From positions 3,013-67,012 of the forward strand of contig CABZIW010000001.1 of assembly GCA_902526005.1 (NCBI GenBank): DNA of 64,000 bases, read 5' to 3'. Made by a program: the position numbers and the translations under genes. The stretch comes from an uncultured Pelagibacteraceae bacterium (GTDB taxonomy: Bacteria > Pseudomonadota > Alphaproteobacteria > Pelagibacterales > AG-422-B15). Shown one piece after another: positions 19,652 through 30,100 of this stretch. The notes beneath the pieces were generated by a model, which was not told the origin of the DNA, did no database searches, and worked only from the letters and a program-made list of their open reading frames with translations. Numbering within the stretch: the first letter of the stretch is position 1; each line of letters starts with the position of its first letter.

Positions 19652-21391
19652 CTATTGATGAGACGGCATCATACATTTTTTTTGAAAAAAATCATTTAAT
19701 TTTTCAAATTTAATTTTTTCTTGTTTATCATTACCAAACTCCCTCAATGTTATAGTATTGTCTTCCATTTCGTTCTTACCTAGGATCAATTGATAAGGTA
19801 TTTTTTTTAGAGAGTTTTCTCTTATTTTGTAGCTTATCTTCTCATTTCTTAAGTCCTTTTCAACTCTAATACCTTTGTTTTTAAGAGATAAAAATACTCT
19901 CTCTGCGTATTCGTTTATGTCAGATGTAATTGGTGCAACCACAGCTTGTATTGGCGCTAACCAAAGTGGTAAATTGCCAGCATAATGTTCTATCAGAATT
20001 CCTGTAAACCTCTCTAAAGATCCAAACAATGCTCGATGTAACATTACCGGGTTATGCTTTTGACCATCTTCTGCAACATAATGACCGCCAAGTCTCTCAG
20101 GCAAGTTAAGATCAACTTGCAATGTTCCACATTGCCACTCTCTACCAATGGCGTCCTTTAGAATAAATTCTAATTTTGGTCCATAAAATGCTCCTTCACC
20201 TGGATTTAAAGTATATTCTAATCCTGTAGCTTCCATTGCCTCACGAAGAGCAGCCTCAGATTTATCCCATACATCATCATTGCCGACTCTTTTTTCAGGA
20301 CGGTCGGAAAATTTAATTGATACATTTTCAAATCCAAAATCTTTATAAATACTTAAAACTAAATCGCATACCTTTTTGCTTTCTTCAGTAATTTGGTCTT
20401 CAGTACAAAATATATGTGCATCATCTTGTGTAAATGCCCTGACTCTCATTAAACCATGAAGGGCACCCGATGGCTCATATCTGTGAACTTTTCCAAACTC
20501 AGCAACCCTTAACGGTAAATCTCTATAGCTCTTAAGTCCTTGCTTGTATACTTGTACGCATCCAGGACAATTCATTGGTTTTAGAGCATAAACACGTTCT
20601 TCCCTTGCTTCTGTGGTAAACATATTGTCACCGAATTTTTCAAGGTGTCCTGATCTTTCCCATAATGACTTATCCATAATATCGGGAGTGTTAATTTCTT
20701 CATACCCAGCCTCTTCTTGTCGGTGACGCATATAATCAATAAGTGTTCTAAATAATGTCCAACCTTTTGCGTGCCAGAAAACTGAACCTGGAGCCTCTTC
20801 TTGAAAATGAAATAAATCGAGCTCTTTACCAAGTTTTCTATGATCTCTTTTTTCAGCTTCCTTCAACAAATTCAGATAATTTTCAAGATCTTCTTGTGTT
20901 TCCCAAGCTGTGCCATAAATTCTTTGAAGCATTGGGTTATTTGAATCACCTCGCCAGTAAGCTCCTGCTACTTTGGTTAATTTAAATGCTTTTCCAATTT
21001 TACCTGTTGACTCTAAATGTGGTCCCTTGCAAAGATCAAACCATTCACCGTGATAATATACTTTAAGTTCTTCACTTTCAGGCAAGTCTCTAATGATCTC
21101 TACTTTATAGTTTTCACCTTTATCAGAAAATAGCTTAATCGCATCTTCCCTGCTCATGACTTTAAATGAAGTCTTTTCGTCCCGATTTACAATTTCTTTC
21201 ATTTTCTTTTCGATCGTTCCGAGGTCTTTTTCAGTAAACGGCTCTTTTCGGTCAAAATCATAATAAAAACCATTTTCAATTACAGGACCAATGGTAACCT
21301 GTGCATCAGGAAATAACTCCTGAACAGCCATAGCCAAAACATGGGCTGTATCATGCCTTAAAATATCAATAAATGGTTCATTGTTACTCAT
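19652..21391 (-). CDS. thrS: Threonine-tRNA ligase (no N-terminal TGS domain)
   Basis: [41 protein letters not shown]. Confidence 0.98.
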   Translation of the reverse strand: MSNNEPFIDILRHDTAHVLAMAVQELFPDAQVTIGPVIENGFYYDFDRKEPFTEKDLGTIEKKMKEIVNRDEKTSFKVMSREDAIKLFSDKGENYKVEIIRDLPESEELKVYYHGEWFDLCKGPHLESTGKIGKAFKLTKVAGAYWRGDSNNPMLQRIYGTAWETQEDLENYLNLLKEAEKRDHRKLGKELDLFHFQEEAPGSVFWHAKGWTLFRTLIDYMRHRQEEAGYEEINTPDIMDKSLWERSGHLEKFGDNMFTTEAREERVYALKPMNCPGCVQVYKQGLKSYRDLPLRVAEFGKVHRYEPSGALHGLMRVRAFTQDDAHIFCTEDQITEESKKVCDLVLSIYKDFGFENVSIKFSDRPEKRVGNDDVWDKSEAALREAMEATGLEYTLNPGEGAFYGPKLEFILKDAIGREWQCGTLQVDLNLPERLGGHYVAEDGQKHNPVMLHRALFGSLERFTGILIEHYAGNLPLWLAPIQAVVAPITSDINEYAERVFLSLKNKGIRVEKDLRNEKISYKIRENSLKKIPYQLILGKNEMEDNTITLREFGNDKQEKIKFEKLNDFFQKKCMMPSHQ

Positions 21392-21416
21392 AGAATTTAA
21401 GTATTATATCATGTAT

Positions 21417-22340
21417 CTATAAATGAGAATCTATTTTATCGAAGACTTCTTCTATACTTATATTACTTATATTCTTGGAAGAAATTGATAAAAAACTGCC
21501 TGTTTCAATGCTTACCTTCTCTGGTGTAGTATGGCCGCCAAATATTGCTAAACCTCTGCAACCTAAGTGGGCAGCTAAGTGGGCAGGTCCTGTATCATTT
21601 GAAATTACATATTTTGCACCTATAAGCAATTTTGCTAATTGAAAAAAATTTGTTGGCTGTTTGTTATGTAAACACAACTTTACATTATATTTTCTTGCTG
21701 CCTTTATTTCTCCTGGTCCTGGAGCAATAACAATATCCATATCAGAAAACTTTAATTTAAACTTTGAAATGAGCTTTTCATAGTAAGGCCAGATTTTTTG
21801 ATGGTGTTTAGGAGAGCAAAAAGGAAACAAGACTATGTAGTTTTTTTTGATTTCAGAAGAAATTTGAAAGTCATTATCAACCATCCAAGAGACTTGTGGT
21901 TTTTCTGAAAACTTAGTATCTATTTTTGCTCTTGATAGCTGTATTTTAAATCGCTCTAAGATACTTTTTTTATCAAAATCTTCTTTTGTCTCGTTCAATC
22001 TTAAAATTGTTCTCGAAGAAATCCACTCAGATGATGACAGATACTTTCGATAAAATTCAGTTCGATAAGAATTTTGTAAATCAAAAACTCTTTCAAATTT
22101 ATATTTAGTGAATAATTGCTTTAACCGATATAAATAGATGAAATTCCACCGAGACTTTCTCTTATCTAATATTACTTCATCAACAAAAGGGCACTTACTA
22201 AAATAATTATTAAATGCCGGTGTCGTTAAAATATATATTTTATATTTTGAGTAATGCTCTCGGATATCTCTTAAACATCCATTTATTTGAATAATATCTC
22301 CAAAAGAACCGTGTTTAATAACCAAAATATTTTTTACCAT
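21417..22340 (-). CDS. Glycosyltransferase family 9 (LPS heptosyltransferase-like)
   Basis: ILVIKHGSFGDII, FDLQ, SNDTGPAHLAA. Confidence 0.9.
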   Translation of the reverse strand: MVKNILVIKHGSFGDIIQINGCLRDIREHYSKYKIYILTTPAFNNYFSKCPFVDEVILDKRKSRWNFIYLYRLKQLFTKYKFERVFDLQNSYRTEFYRKYLSSSEWISSRTILRLNETKEDFDKKSILERFKIQLSRAKIDTKFSEKPQVSWMVDNDFQISSEIKKNYIVLFPFCSPKHHQKIWPYYEKLISKFKLKFSDMDIVIAPGPGEIKAARKYNVKLCLHNKQPTNFFQLAKLLIGAKYVISNDTGPAHLAAHLGCRGLAIFGGHTTPEKVSIETGSFLSISSKNISNISIEEVFDKIDSHL

Positions 22341-23480
22341 TTAATTTATAACTTCTTCGTAAAAATTTATTGTCTCCTCGCACATTTTAATTTTTGAATA
22401 TTTTTCTCTAACATGTGAAATGCATGCTTCTGAAGTCTTATCTGATTTATGTTTTTCATAAGAAATTGCATCAATTATTTTTTCACATAGATCCTCAGAG
22501 TTATTGTTTTCAAATAAGTAGCCTGTTTCGCCATCTTTCACAGTCTCGACTGACCCTCCATGATTTGACGCTATTACAAATTTACCCATTGCTTGGGCCT
22601 CGACAGAAATTCTGCCAAAAGCTTCTGGATCTGTTGACGCAGATATTACTAAATCAGCCAGACTATAAAAATTATTTAAATCATTCCTGGGGCCCACAAA
22701 ATGAAGAGATTTTGCAAGGTTATGTTCGTTTGCAAAATTTTTTAATGAAGTCTTAAGTTTATGGTTTTCATCGGGACCAACAAAAATTATCTCGAATTTA
22801 TGATTTGTTTTTTTAAGAATACTAGAAATCGCTTGAAGAAGAAGTTTATGTCCCTTCCATCCCGTTATTCTTCCAGCAAGAAGAATCTTTATTGCATCAT
22901 TATCAATATTGAATTCTTTTATAATTAATTCTACTTGCTGAGTTTTACAGTTATTTGGATCAAAAAAATCCAGATCTACTCCTCTAGCAATAGTTCTAAT
23001 ATTATTATTTTTAGTTTGGTAACAATTATTTATATGATCATTAATAAATTCTGAAATTGCAATTGTTCCATTTGTTTTTAGCATAATAGAGTTATAGTAT
23101 TTTTTTAGTGGGTTACTAAAATTGTATGTGCCATGAAATGTTGTAATAAATTTTGCGCCAGTTAAAGCACATGCAAAGTATGAGCTCCATGCGGGTGCTC
23201 TACTTCTAGCGTGAACAATTGTTATATTTAGTTTTTTAATAAGTTGTATAATTTTAATTGCATTCAAAAAAATTTTAAGTGGGTTTTTAGAGTTAACGGG
23301 GGCATAAAAAACTTTTTCATTAGAGTCTTTTACTTCTATTGATTTAGGCCCTGAATGAGTAAGAATATATGAATTATAGTTCTTCTCTGACAAAAAATTT
23401 GCAACATCAACACATCCTTGAGAAGCACCACTTACATCAAGATTAGGTATTACTTGTAATACGCAAATTTTTGATTGCAT
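22341..23480 (-). CDS. Glycosyltransferase family 4
   Basis: HARSRAPAW, GRITGWKGH, EAFGRISVEAQAMG. Confidence 0.92.
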   Translation of the reverse strand: MQSKICVLQVIPNLDVSGASQGCVDVANFLSEKNYNSYILTHSGPKSIEVKDSNEKVFYAPVNSKNPLKIFLNAIKIIQLIKKLNITIVHARSRAPAWSSYFACALTGAKFITTFHGTYNFSNPLKKYYNSIMLKTNGTIAISEFINDHINNCYQTKNNNIRTIARGVDLDFFDPNNCKTQQVELIIKEFNIDNDAIKILLAGRITGWKGHKLLLQAISSILKKTNHKFEIIFVGPDENHKLKTSLKNFANEHNLAKSLHFVGPRNDLNNFYSLADLVISASTDPEAFGRISVEAQAMGKFVIASNHGGSVETVKDGETGYLFENNNSEDLCEKIIDAISYEKHKSDKTSEACISHVREKYSKIKMCEETINFYEEVIN

Positions 23481-23520
23481 ATAGTATTTCTAATAGTTAA
23501 ATGATTAATAGTAAATCATT

Positions 23521-24267
23521 ATGCAAAATAAAATTAATTACATCAATTCTTCTTTTGATGAACAAATCGCTTATTCAAAAGATGATCTAAAATCTCAAAC
23601 AACAATTTTCTTTTTTGGAGGGTACAGCTCAAGCATGGATGGAACAAAGGCAACCGCTTTGAGTAAATGGTGCATTGAAAATAAATTAAATTTTTTGAGA
23701 TTTGACTATTCTGGTCATGGCGTGTCAAAGGGTAGATTTGAAGATGGTGGAATTAGTAAATGGTCAATTGAAGCGAGTGAAATATTTGAAAAATTTAAAT
23801 CAAATAAAAATATTATTATCGGTTCGAGTATGGGTGGATGGATTTCTTTGATCGTATCTAAGCAAAAATCAAATTATGTGCATGGTCTAGTAGGCATAGC
23901 ATCTGCACCAGATTTTGTTGTAGGTGAATGGAATAGACTAAGTGTTGAACAAAAAGAACAAATTAAGTCTGAAGGTAAAATTATAATCAATTGGGATAAG
24001 TACGCTGAGGATTACACCATAACTTATAAATTTCTAGAAGATGGAAAAAAAAATATGCTCTTAACAAAGCCAATAAATATCTCTTGTCCTGTAAGGCTTC
24101 TTCATGGAAGGAAAGATCAGGTAGTAAGTTTTACAATCTCTGAGAAAATTATTGAATTATTGAAAAGTAAAAATAAAAAACTGACAATTATTGAAGATGG
24201 AGATCATAGTCTTTCAAGAGAAACTGATCTAAATACTTTATACAAAAATATCGAAGAATTATTGTAA
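23521..24267 (+). CDS. Alpha/beta hydrolase
   Basis: GTKA, RFDYSGHG, GSSMGG nucleophile elbow, GDH. Confidence 0.9.
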   Translation: MQNKINYINSSFDEQIAYSKDDLKSQTTIFFFGGYSSSMDGTKATALSKWCIENKLNFLRFDYSGHGVSKGRFEDGGISKWSIEASEIFEKFKSNKNIIIGSSMGGWISLIVSKQKSNYVHGLVGIASAPDFVVGEWNRLSVEQKEQIKSEGKIIINWDKYAEDYTITYKFLEDGKKNMLLTKPINISCPVRLLHGRKDQVVSFTISEKIIELLKSKNKKLTIIEDGDHSLSRETDLNTLYKNIEELL

Positions 24268-25157
24268 TGAATTCAACTCTTAATAATTATTCACTTTTGG
24301 TATTTCTTGGTGCTGTTTGGGGAGCCTCTTTTGTAGCAATAAAGTTTTGCAACTTTATGTTTAATCCAATTGAAATAGGGTTTTTTAGAACATTTATTGG
24401 GGCGATTTTTCTTCTTTTAGCAGTTCTATATAGAGCAGGAAACCTTCAGCTTTTTAAAGAAAATACTTTTACTTACGCAATCATTGGATTATTTAACGCC
24501 GCTATCCCTTTTACTTTGATCCCTTACGGATTATTAAATCTACCTAGCAACATAGGTGTTATTATAATGTCAGCTAACCCTTTTCTTGCATTGATATTGG
24601 CACATTATTTTACAGATGATGAAAAATTAAACCTTAGAAAAATGATAGGAACTGTAATTGGTTTTTCTGGAGTTGTGTTCGCGGTTGGCGTGCAAGTTTT
24701 TGTAACTGATATGTCAAGTTTTATCGGCGCTCTAGCGATCTATTTAGCGGGTTGTTCATATGTGGTATCAAATTTAATTATTCGAAAAGTTTCAAACTTG
24801 CCTTCTGATATGGTTACGATGAATACGCTCGCATGGGGAAGTATATGGCTTATTCCATTGATGCTATTATTTGCTGAACCAATAAATTATGAAATGAATC
24901 TTACGGCGATTTCTGCATTGTTTTATTTAGGCATAATTCCAACTGGCTTAGCATTTAGTCTGAGACAAATATTGATTAGAACTGCGGGAACAACTTTCAT
25001 GATGCAGGTGGCATATTTAATTCCTGTATTTGGAATATTTTATGGCTGGGCATTATTGAATGAACCACTGAAATTCTCATTATTAATCGGTGTTATACTT
25101 GTAGTAATTGGGATCGCAATTAGTAGATTACAAGTTGAGTCAAATACAGGAATTTAA
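24267..25157 (+). CDS. EamA/DMT family transporter
   Basis: Ten TM helices in two repeats, WGASF, YLIPVFG. Confidence 0.9.
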   Translation: MNSTLNNYSLLVFLGAVWGASFVAIKFCNFMFNPIEIGFFRTFIGAIFLLLAVLYRAGNLQLFKENTFTYAIIGLFNAAIPFTLIPYGLLNLPSNIGVIIMSANPFLALILAHYFTDDEKLNLRKMIGTVIGFSGVVFAVGVQVFVTDMSSFIGALAIYLAGCSYVVSNLIIRKVSNLPSDMVTMNTLAWGSIWLIPLMLLFAEPINYEMNLTAISALFYLGIIPTGLAFSLRQILIRTAGTTFMMQVAYLIPVFGIFYGWALLNEPLKFSLLIGVILVVIGIAISRLQVESNTGI

Positions 25158-26002
25158 TTATTTAAATTAATGATTTGATTATAACCTTCTTTATATGAGG
25201 GATATTCTAAAATAATACCAAATTCTTCTTTGATAAGCCTGTTGTTCACTTTTTTATTTTCAGAAAAAAAACTTTCTATTTGTTCTTTTTTACTTAACTT
25301 TTCATAAAGAACTTCATTGGGCATGGTAATTGAAATCTTTTTTGAAATATAGTCAATCACATCATCAAGAGACGAAGGACAGTCGTCAGCAATATTGTAT
25401 ATAGAAATAGGATTCGGTTTGTTCATTGAAGCTAAAATAATATTTGTTAAATCATTGATGTATATTCTTGAAAAAAAATGTCCCTTTTTTATTATTCTTG
25501 TGAAATTTCGAGATTGAATTCTCCCAAGAATATTTCTTTCTGGTCCATATATGCCCGCAATTCTAAAAATATGTAAGGGTAGATTATATTGTTTAGATAA
25601 CTGACTCCACTGATCCTCTGCAAGTTGGCGGCTAATTCCTCTTTTAGACTTAGTAAGTAATCTAGAGGTTTCACTCACAAATTGACCGTCATGATCGCCA
25701 TAAACACTGGTAGCAGATAAGTAGCCAATCCATTTAAGATTAATTAATTCATGTAAATTAAAATTTATATTTTTTAAAAAAATATCACCACTTTGATCTG
25801 GTGGCACAGATATAACTAAATGTGTTATTTCATTTTTATATTTTTCGAGAATATTTGGGGTCTTCGAAGGGTCAATAATTCTAATGTTTTTTTGATTAAT
25901 TTCTAAACTATTTAGCTTTCGAGAAGTGGCAAAAATTTCTTTATCACTTACCTTGCTTGCAAGATGTTTGGCTGTATATCCATAACCAAATATAAAAATC
26001 AT
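25154..26002 (-). CDS. NAD-dependent epimerase/dehydratase (atypical SDR)
   Basis: FGYGYTA, YLSATSVYGD, FRIAGIYGP, FSRIYINDL. Confidence 0.85.
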   Translation of the reverse strand: MIFIFGYGYTAKHLASKVSDKEIFATSRKLNSLEINQKNIRIIDPSKTPNILEKYKNEITHLVISVPPDQSGDIFLKNINFNLHELINLKWIGYLSATSVYGDHDGQFVSETSRLLTKSKRGISRQLAEDQWSQLSKQYNLPLHIFRIAGIYGPERNILGRIQSRNFTRIIKKGHFFSRIYINDLTNIILASMNKPNPISIYNIADDCPSSLDDVIDYISKKISITMPNEVLYEKLSKKEQIESFFSENKKVNNRLIKEEFGIILEYPSYKEGYNQIINLNN

Positions 26003-26006
26003 AATT

Positions 26007-27182
26007 TTAATTTAACCACTCTTCTTTGACATTTTCATTTTTTTCAAGCGCAAAATATTTTTTCTTATAAATTTCAATATGATTTCGATCAATCAATTGC
26101 TTTAATGACCAAACAGCCATTGCTCTTACAGTAGAAGATTTATCTTCTAAAAGTGCCTCAATATCTTTCTTGTATTTTTTTTCTTTACTATTTCCAACTG
26201 CGATCAATACATTTCTTAAAAATCTATCTCTACCAATCCTTTTAATGCTCGATTTAGCAAACTTTTTTCTGAAATCTTCGTCTGTTAAACTTAAAAAATC
26301 ACCTAAATCAGGTTTGATAAGATCATCCCTTGGATAAAAACTAATTTCATTAGATTTTTTTGCAAATTTATTCCATGGACAAACTGCTAAACAATCATCA
26401 CAACCATAAATTCTATTTCCAATTAGTTTTCTCAAATTTTTATCTATAATACCTTTATGTTCTATTGTGAGATATGAAATACATTTAGTAGCATCTAATT
26501 TATAAGGCTCAACTATTGCATTAGTTGGGCATATATCAATACAGCTTGAACATGAACCACAATGATCAATCTCTGGGCGAGTATTATTAATTTTTTTATC
26601 AACAAAAATTGAAGCAAGGAATATCCATGACCCAAAGTCTTTTGAAACAAGATTTGTATGTTTGCCTTGCCAACCAATGCCACCTTTCATAGAAATAGGC
26701 TTTTCCATAACAGGTGCTGTATCCACAAAGTATTTAAAACTACAATTAAGCAACTTTGAAATTTCAAATGAAAGACTTTTCAATTTTTTTTTAATTATTT
26801 TATGATAATCAGAATTTCTTGAATAAACAGAAATTATACCCTTATTTTTTTCAGACAATAACTCAAGCGAATTACATTCAAAGTGATAGTTGATTCCAAG
26901 AACAATTATTGACTGAGCTTCATCCCACAAAATATTTGGATTTGATCTACAATTAGATCTTTTCTCCATCCATGCCATTTCACCATGATGATTTTTTTCC
27001 AAGAACTCATCTAGTTCTTTTTTAAAATCCAAGTTCGGGTTTATATCTACAACACCAAAAGTATCAAAACCATGCTGTTCTATTAATTTTTTTAGTTCAT
27101 TACTTTTATCTAGTTGACCTTCTTCAACTGATCTTTGAAGCCTAATGGCTGAGGAAGAATGTTTACTATCTCTTTTGGACAT
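26007..27182 (-). CDS. queG: tRNA epoxyqueuosine(34) reductase QueG (start uncertain)
   Basis: DYH, FVDTAPVMEK, GWQGKHT, CGSCSSCIDICPT, CISYLTIEH, GCDDCLAVCPWN. Confidence 0.95.
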   Translation of the reverse strand: MSKRDSKHSSSAIRLQRSVEEGQLDKSNELKKLIEQHGFDTFGVVDINPNLDFKKELDEFLEKNHHGEMAWMEKRSNCRSNPNILWDEAQSIIVLGINYHFECNSLELLSEKNKGIISVYSRNSDYHKIIKKKLKSLSFEISKLLNCSFKYFVDTAPVMEKPISMKGGIGWQGKHTNLVSKDFGSWIFLASIFVDKKINNTRPEIDHCGSCSSCIDICPTNAIVEPYKLDATKCISYLTIEHKGIIDKNLRKLIGNRIYGCDDCLAVCPWNKFAKKSNEISFYPRDDLIKPDLGDFLSLTDEDFRKKFAKSSIKRIGRDRFLRNVLIAVGNSKEKKYKKDIEALLEDKSSTVRAMAVWSLKQLIDRNHIEIYKKKYFALEKNENVKEEWLN

Positions 27183-30100
27183 ACGTGTATAAATTTTTGT
27201 ATTTCAGTTTCCCAATTGTCTAATATGCTCTTCGCGTGAAGACTTCCCGTATTTTGATAATGTGAAAGAATAATTTGGTTAAGTTCATTTGTCCAATATT
27301 CAGATGCTATAGTATCGAAAATTAGAGTTTCAGCGTTAACTCTCTGATTAAATTTTTTATCCTCATCATAAATAAAAGCCATACCTCCTGTCATTCCCGC
27401 TCCGAAATTATCTCCAGTTTTTCCAAGCACAACAACAGTGCCGCCAGTCATGTACTCGCAGCCGTTAGAGCCACATCCTTCTACAACTGTAATCGCCCCT
27501 GAATTCCTTACAGCAAACCGCTCACCTGCTTGCCCAGCAGCATATAACTCTCCTGAAGTAGCACCGTAAAGAACTGTATTTCCGATTATTGTATTTTCAT
27601 TTGTTACTAAATTACTATTCTTATGAGGTCGAATTGAAATAGTTGCACCAGATAAACCTTTACCAACATAATCATTTGAATCTCCATAAAGATTTATTTT
27701 TAGTCCTTTAATAGCAAAAGCTCCTAGCGACTGACCCGCTGACCCAGTCAGATTAATAGTCAGATGTTCTTTATTAACTTTCTTATCTTTGAAAGTTCTG
27801 TATATAGTTGACGATAATCTTGTACCAACAGCTCTATCGGTATTTTTAATGGGATAGTTTAGTTCAGTTTTTTGACCTGTTTGTAAAAATTTAGATGCAT
27901 CCTCAATAATTTTTTGGTCAAGTGTTGACCCAACGTCATTGATAATGGAGTGGCTAAAGTATTCTACGTTTGGATCCTTTTCCGCTTGAATGAGCAATGA
28001 ATTAAGGTCTAAGTCATCTAAATGAGTTGATCCCCTTGATATTTGATATAAAAGGTCAGTTCTTCCAATGATTTCGTTTAGGCTTTTGAATCCTAGTTTT
28101 GCTAAGATTTCTCTTACCTCTTCAGCTATATAACTAAAAAGGTTAACCACTTTTTCAGGACTACCTGAAAATCTCGCTCTTAAGTCCTCATCTTGAGTAC
28201 AAACTCCAACTGGACATGTGTTTGAGTGACATTGCCTTACCATTATACAGCCCATCGCAACCAGTGAAGTAGTGCCAACACCAAACTCCTCGGCACCCAT
28301 AATTGCAGCAATTACAACGTCACGACCTGTTTTGATACCTCCATCAGTTCTAAGCACAACGTTTTGCCTTAAGCCGTTAAGTGTCAAAACTTGATTCACT
28401 TCTGTTAAGCCCATTTCCCATGGGATACCCGCGTATTTAATACTTGTTTGAGGACTTGCTCCAGTTCCGCCATTATGTCCTGAAATTAAAATGACGTCAG
28501 CTTTAGCCTTCGCAACACCTGCCGCTATTGTTCCAATTCCAGATGACGCTACAAGCTTTACACAAACTCTGGCATCTGGGTTTGCCTGTTTAAGATCATA
28601 AATAAGTTGAGCAAGATCTTCTATTGAATAAATATCGTGATGTGGTGGAGGGCTTATTAGTGTAACACCTTCTGTTGAGTGGCGAAGCTTGGCTATTTCA
28701 GCGGTTACTTTAAATCCGGGAAGCTGACCACCCTCACCAGGCTTAGCTCCTTGTGCTATCTTAATTTCTATTTCCTCACAATTATTCAAATATTCAGTTG
28801 TTACACCAAACCTAGCTGAAGCTACTTGTTTCACTCTTGAGTTGGCACTGTCTCCATTATTAAGAGGTTTTGATCTTTCTATTGACTCACCACCTTCGCC
28901 TGAACAAGAAGCGCCTCCAATCCGGTTCATTGCTATTGCTAGTGTTTCATGGGCCTCCTTTGAAAGTGCTCCATGTGACATACTTCCTGTACCAAAGCGC
29001 TTTCTGATAGAAGTTATTGACTCGACTTCACTTAATTCAATTGAACTTTCACTTTCTTTAAACTCGAGCAAATCTCTAATATTGATTGGAGCAAAGTTGC
29101 TCATGGAGTTTGAATATTTTTTAAACATCTCATAAGAGTCATCTGCCACTGCTGTTTGTAGAAGGTGTATCAACTTACCTTCATAAGCATGAGTTTCACC
29201 ACCGTTTCTGTACCGATATATACCACCAATTGGCAATGTTTGTACGCTATTCGAATACGCATAATTATGTAGATCGGTTAGTTTTTTTTCAATTCCGGAT
29301 AAACCAATGCCAGACATACGACTTTGTACACCTAGGAAATATTCATTAACCATTGAACGGCTTAAGCCAACAGCTTCAAAATTAAATCCGCCCCTGTAAG
29401 CACTGATAACTGAAATTCCAAGCTTAGACATAACCTTGAGTAAGCCTTGGTCTACTGCTTTTTTATATCGCTCAACACATTCCTCGTAAGATAGATTTCC
29501 AAAGAGTCCTTTTTGTTGTCTTTCATAAATACAGTCCAATGCTAAGTAAGGGTTTACGGTCGTGGCACCAACACCAATAAGTACAGCAAAGTAATGAGTA
29601 TCCAGACACTCTGCAGACCTTACGTGCAATGATACAAAAGATCTTATACCTTTACGTGTCAAATCTGTGTGAACTGCAGCGGTGATCAATATCATTGGTA
29701 AAGATAATTTGTCGTGATCCGCACTAATGTCAGACAGTACGATATGAGACTTCCCGCTTAAAACTGCAGTCTCAGACTCGAATTGAATACGCTTTATTTC
29801 CTCTTTTAAATTAAAATTATCCTTATGAACTGTACAATCAATTACAGTTGTAGACTCTTGTCCCCGAGCAGAAATCTTTTTGAACAACCCATTTGTTATA
29901 AATGGACTATCAATTACAAAAACATTTTCTTCATAAGGATTAGGAGATAGAATATCTTGTAAATTTCCAAATCGAGTTTTTAAACTCATTCTGCTTTGCT
30001 CTCTTAGACTATCAATTGGAGGGTTTGTTACCTGACTAAACTTTTGTCTAAAAAAATGAGATAATGGCCGATACTTGTCCGATAATACTGCAACAGGAGT

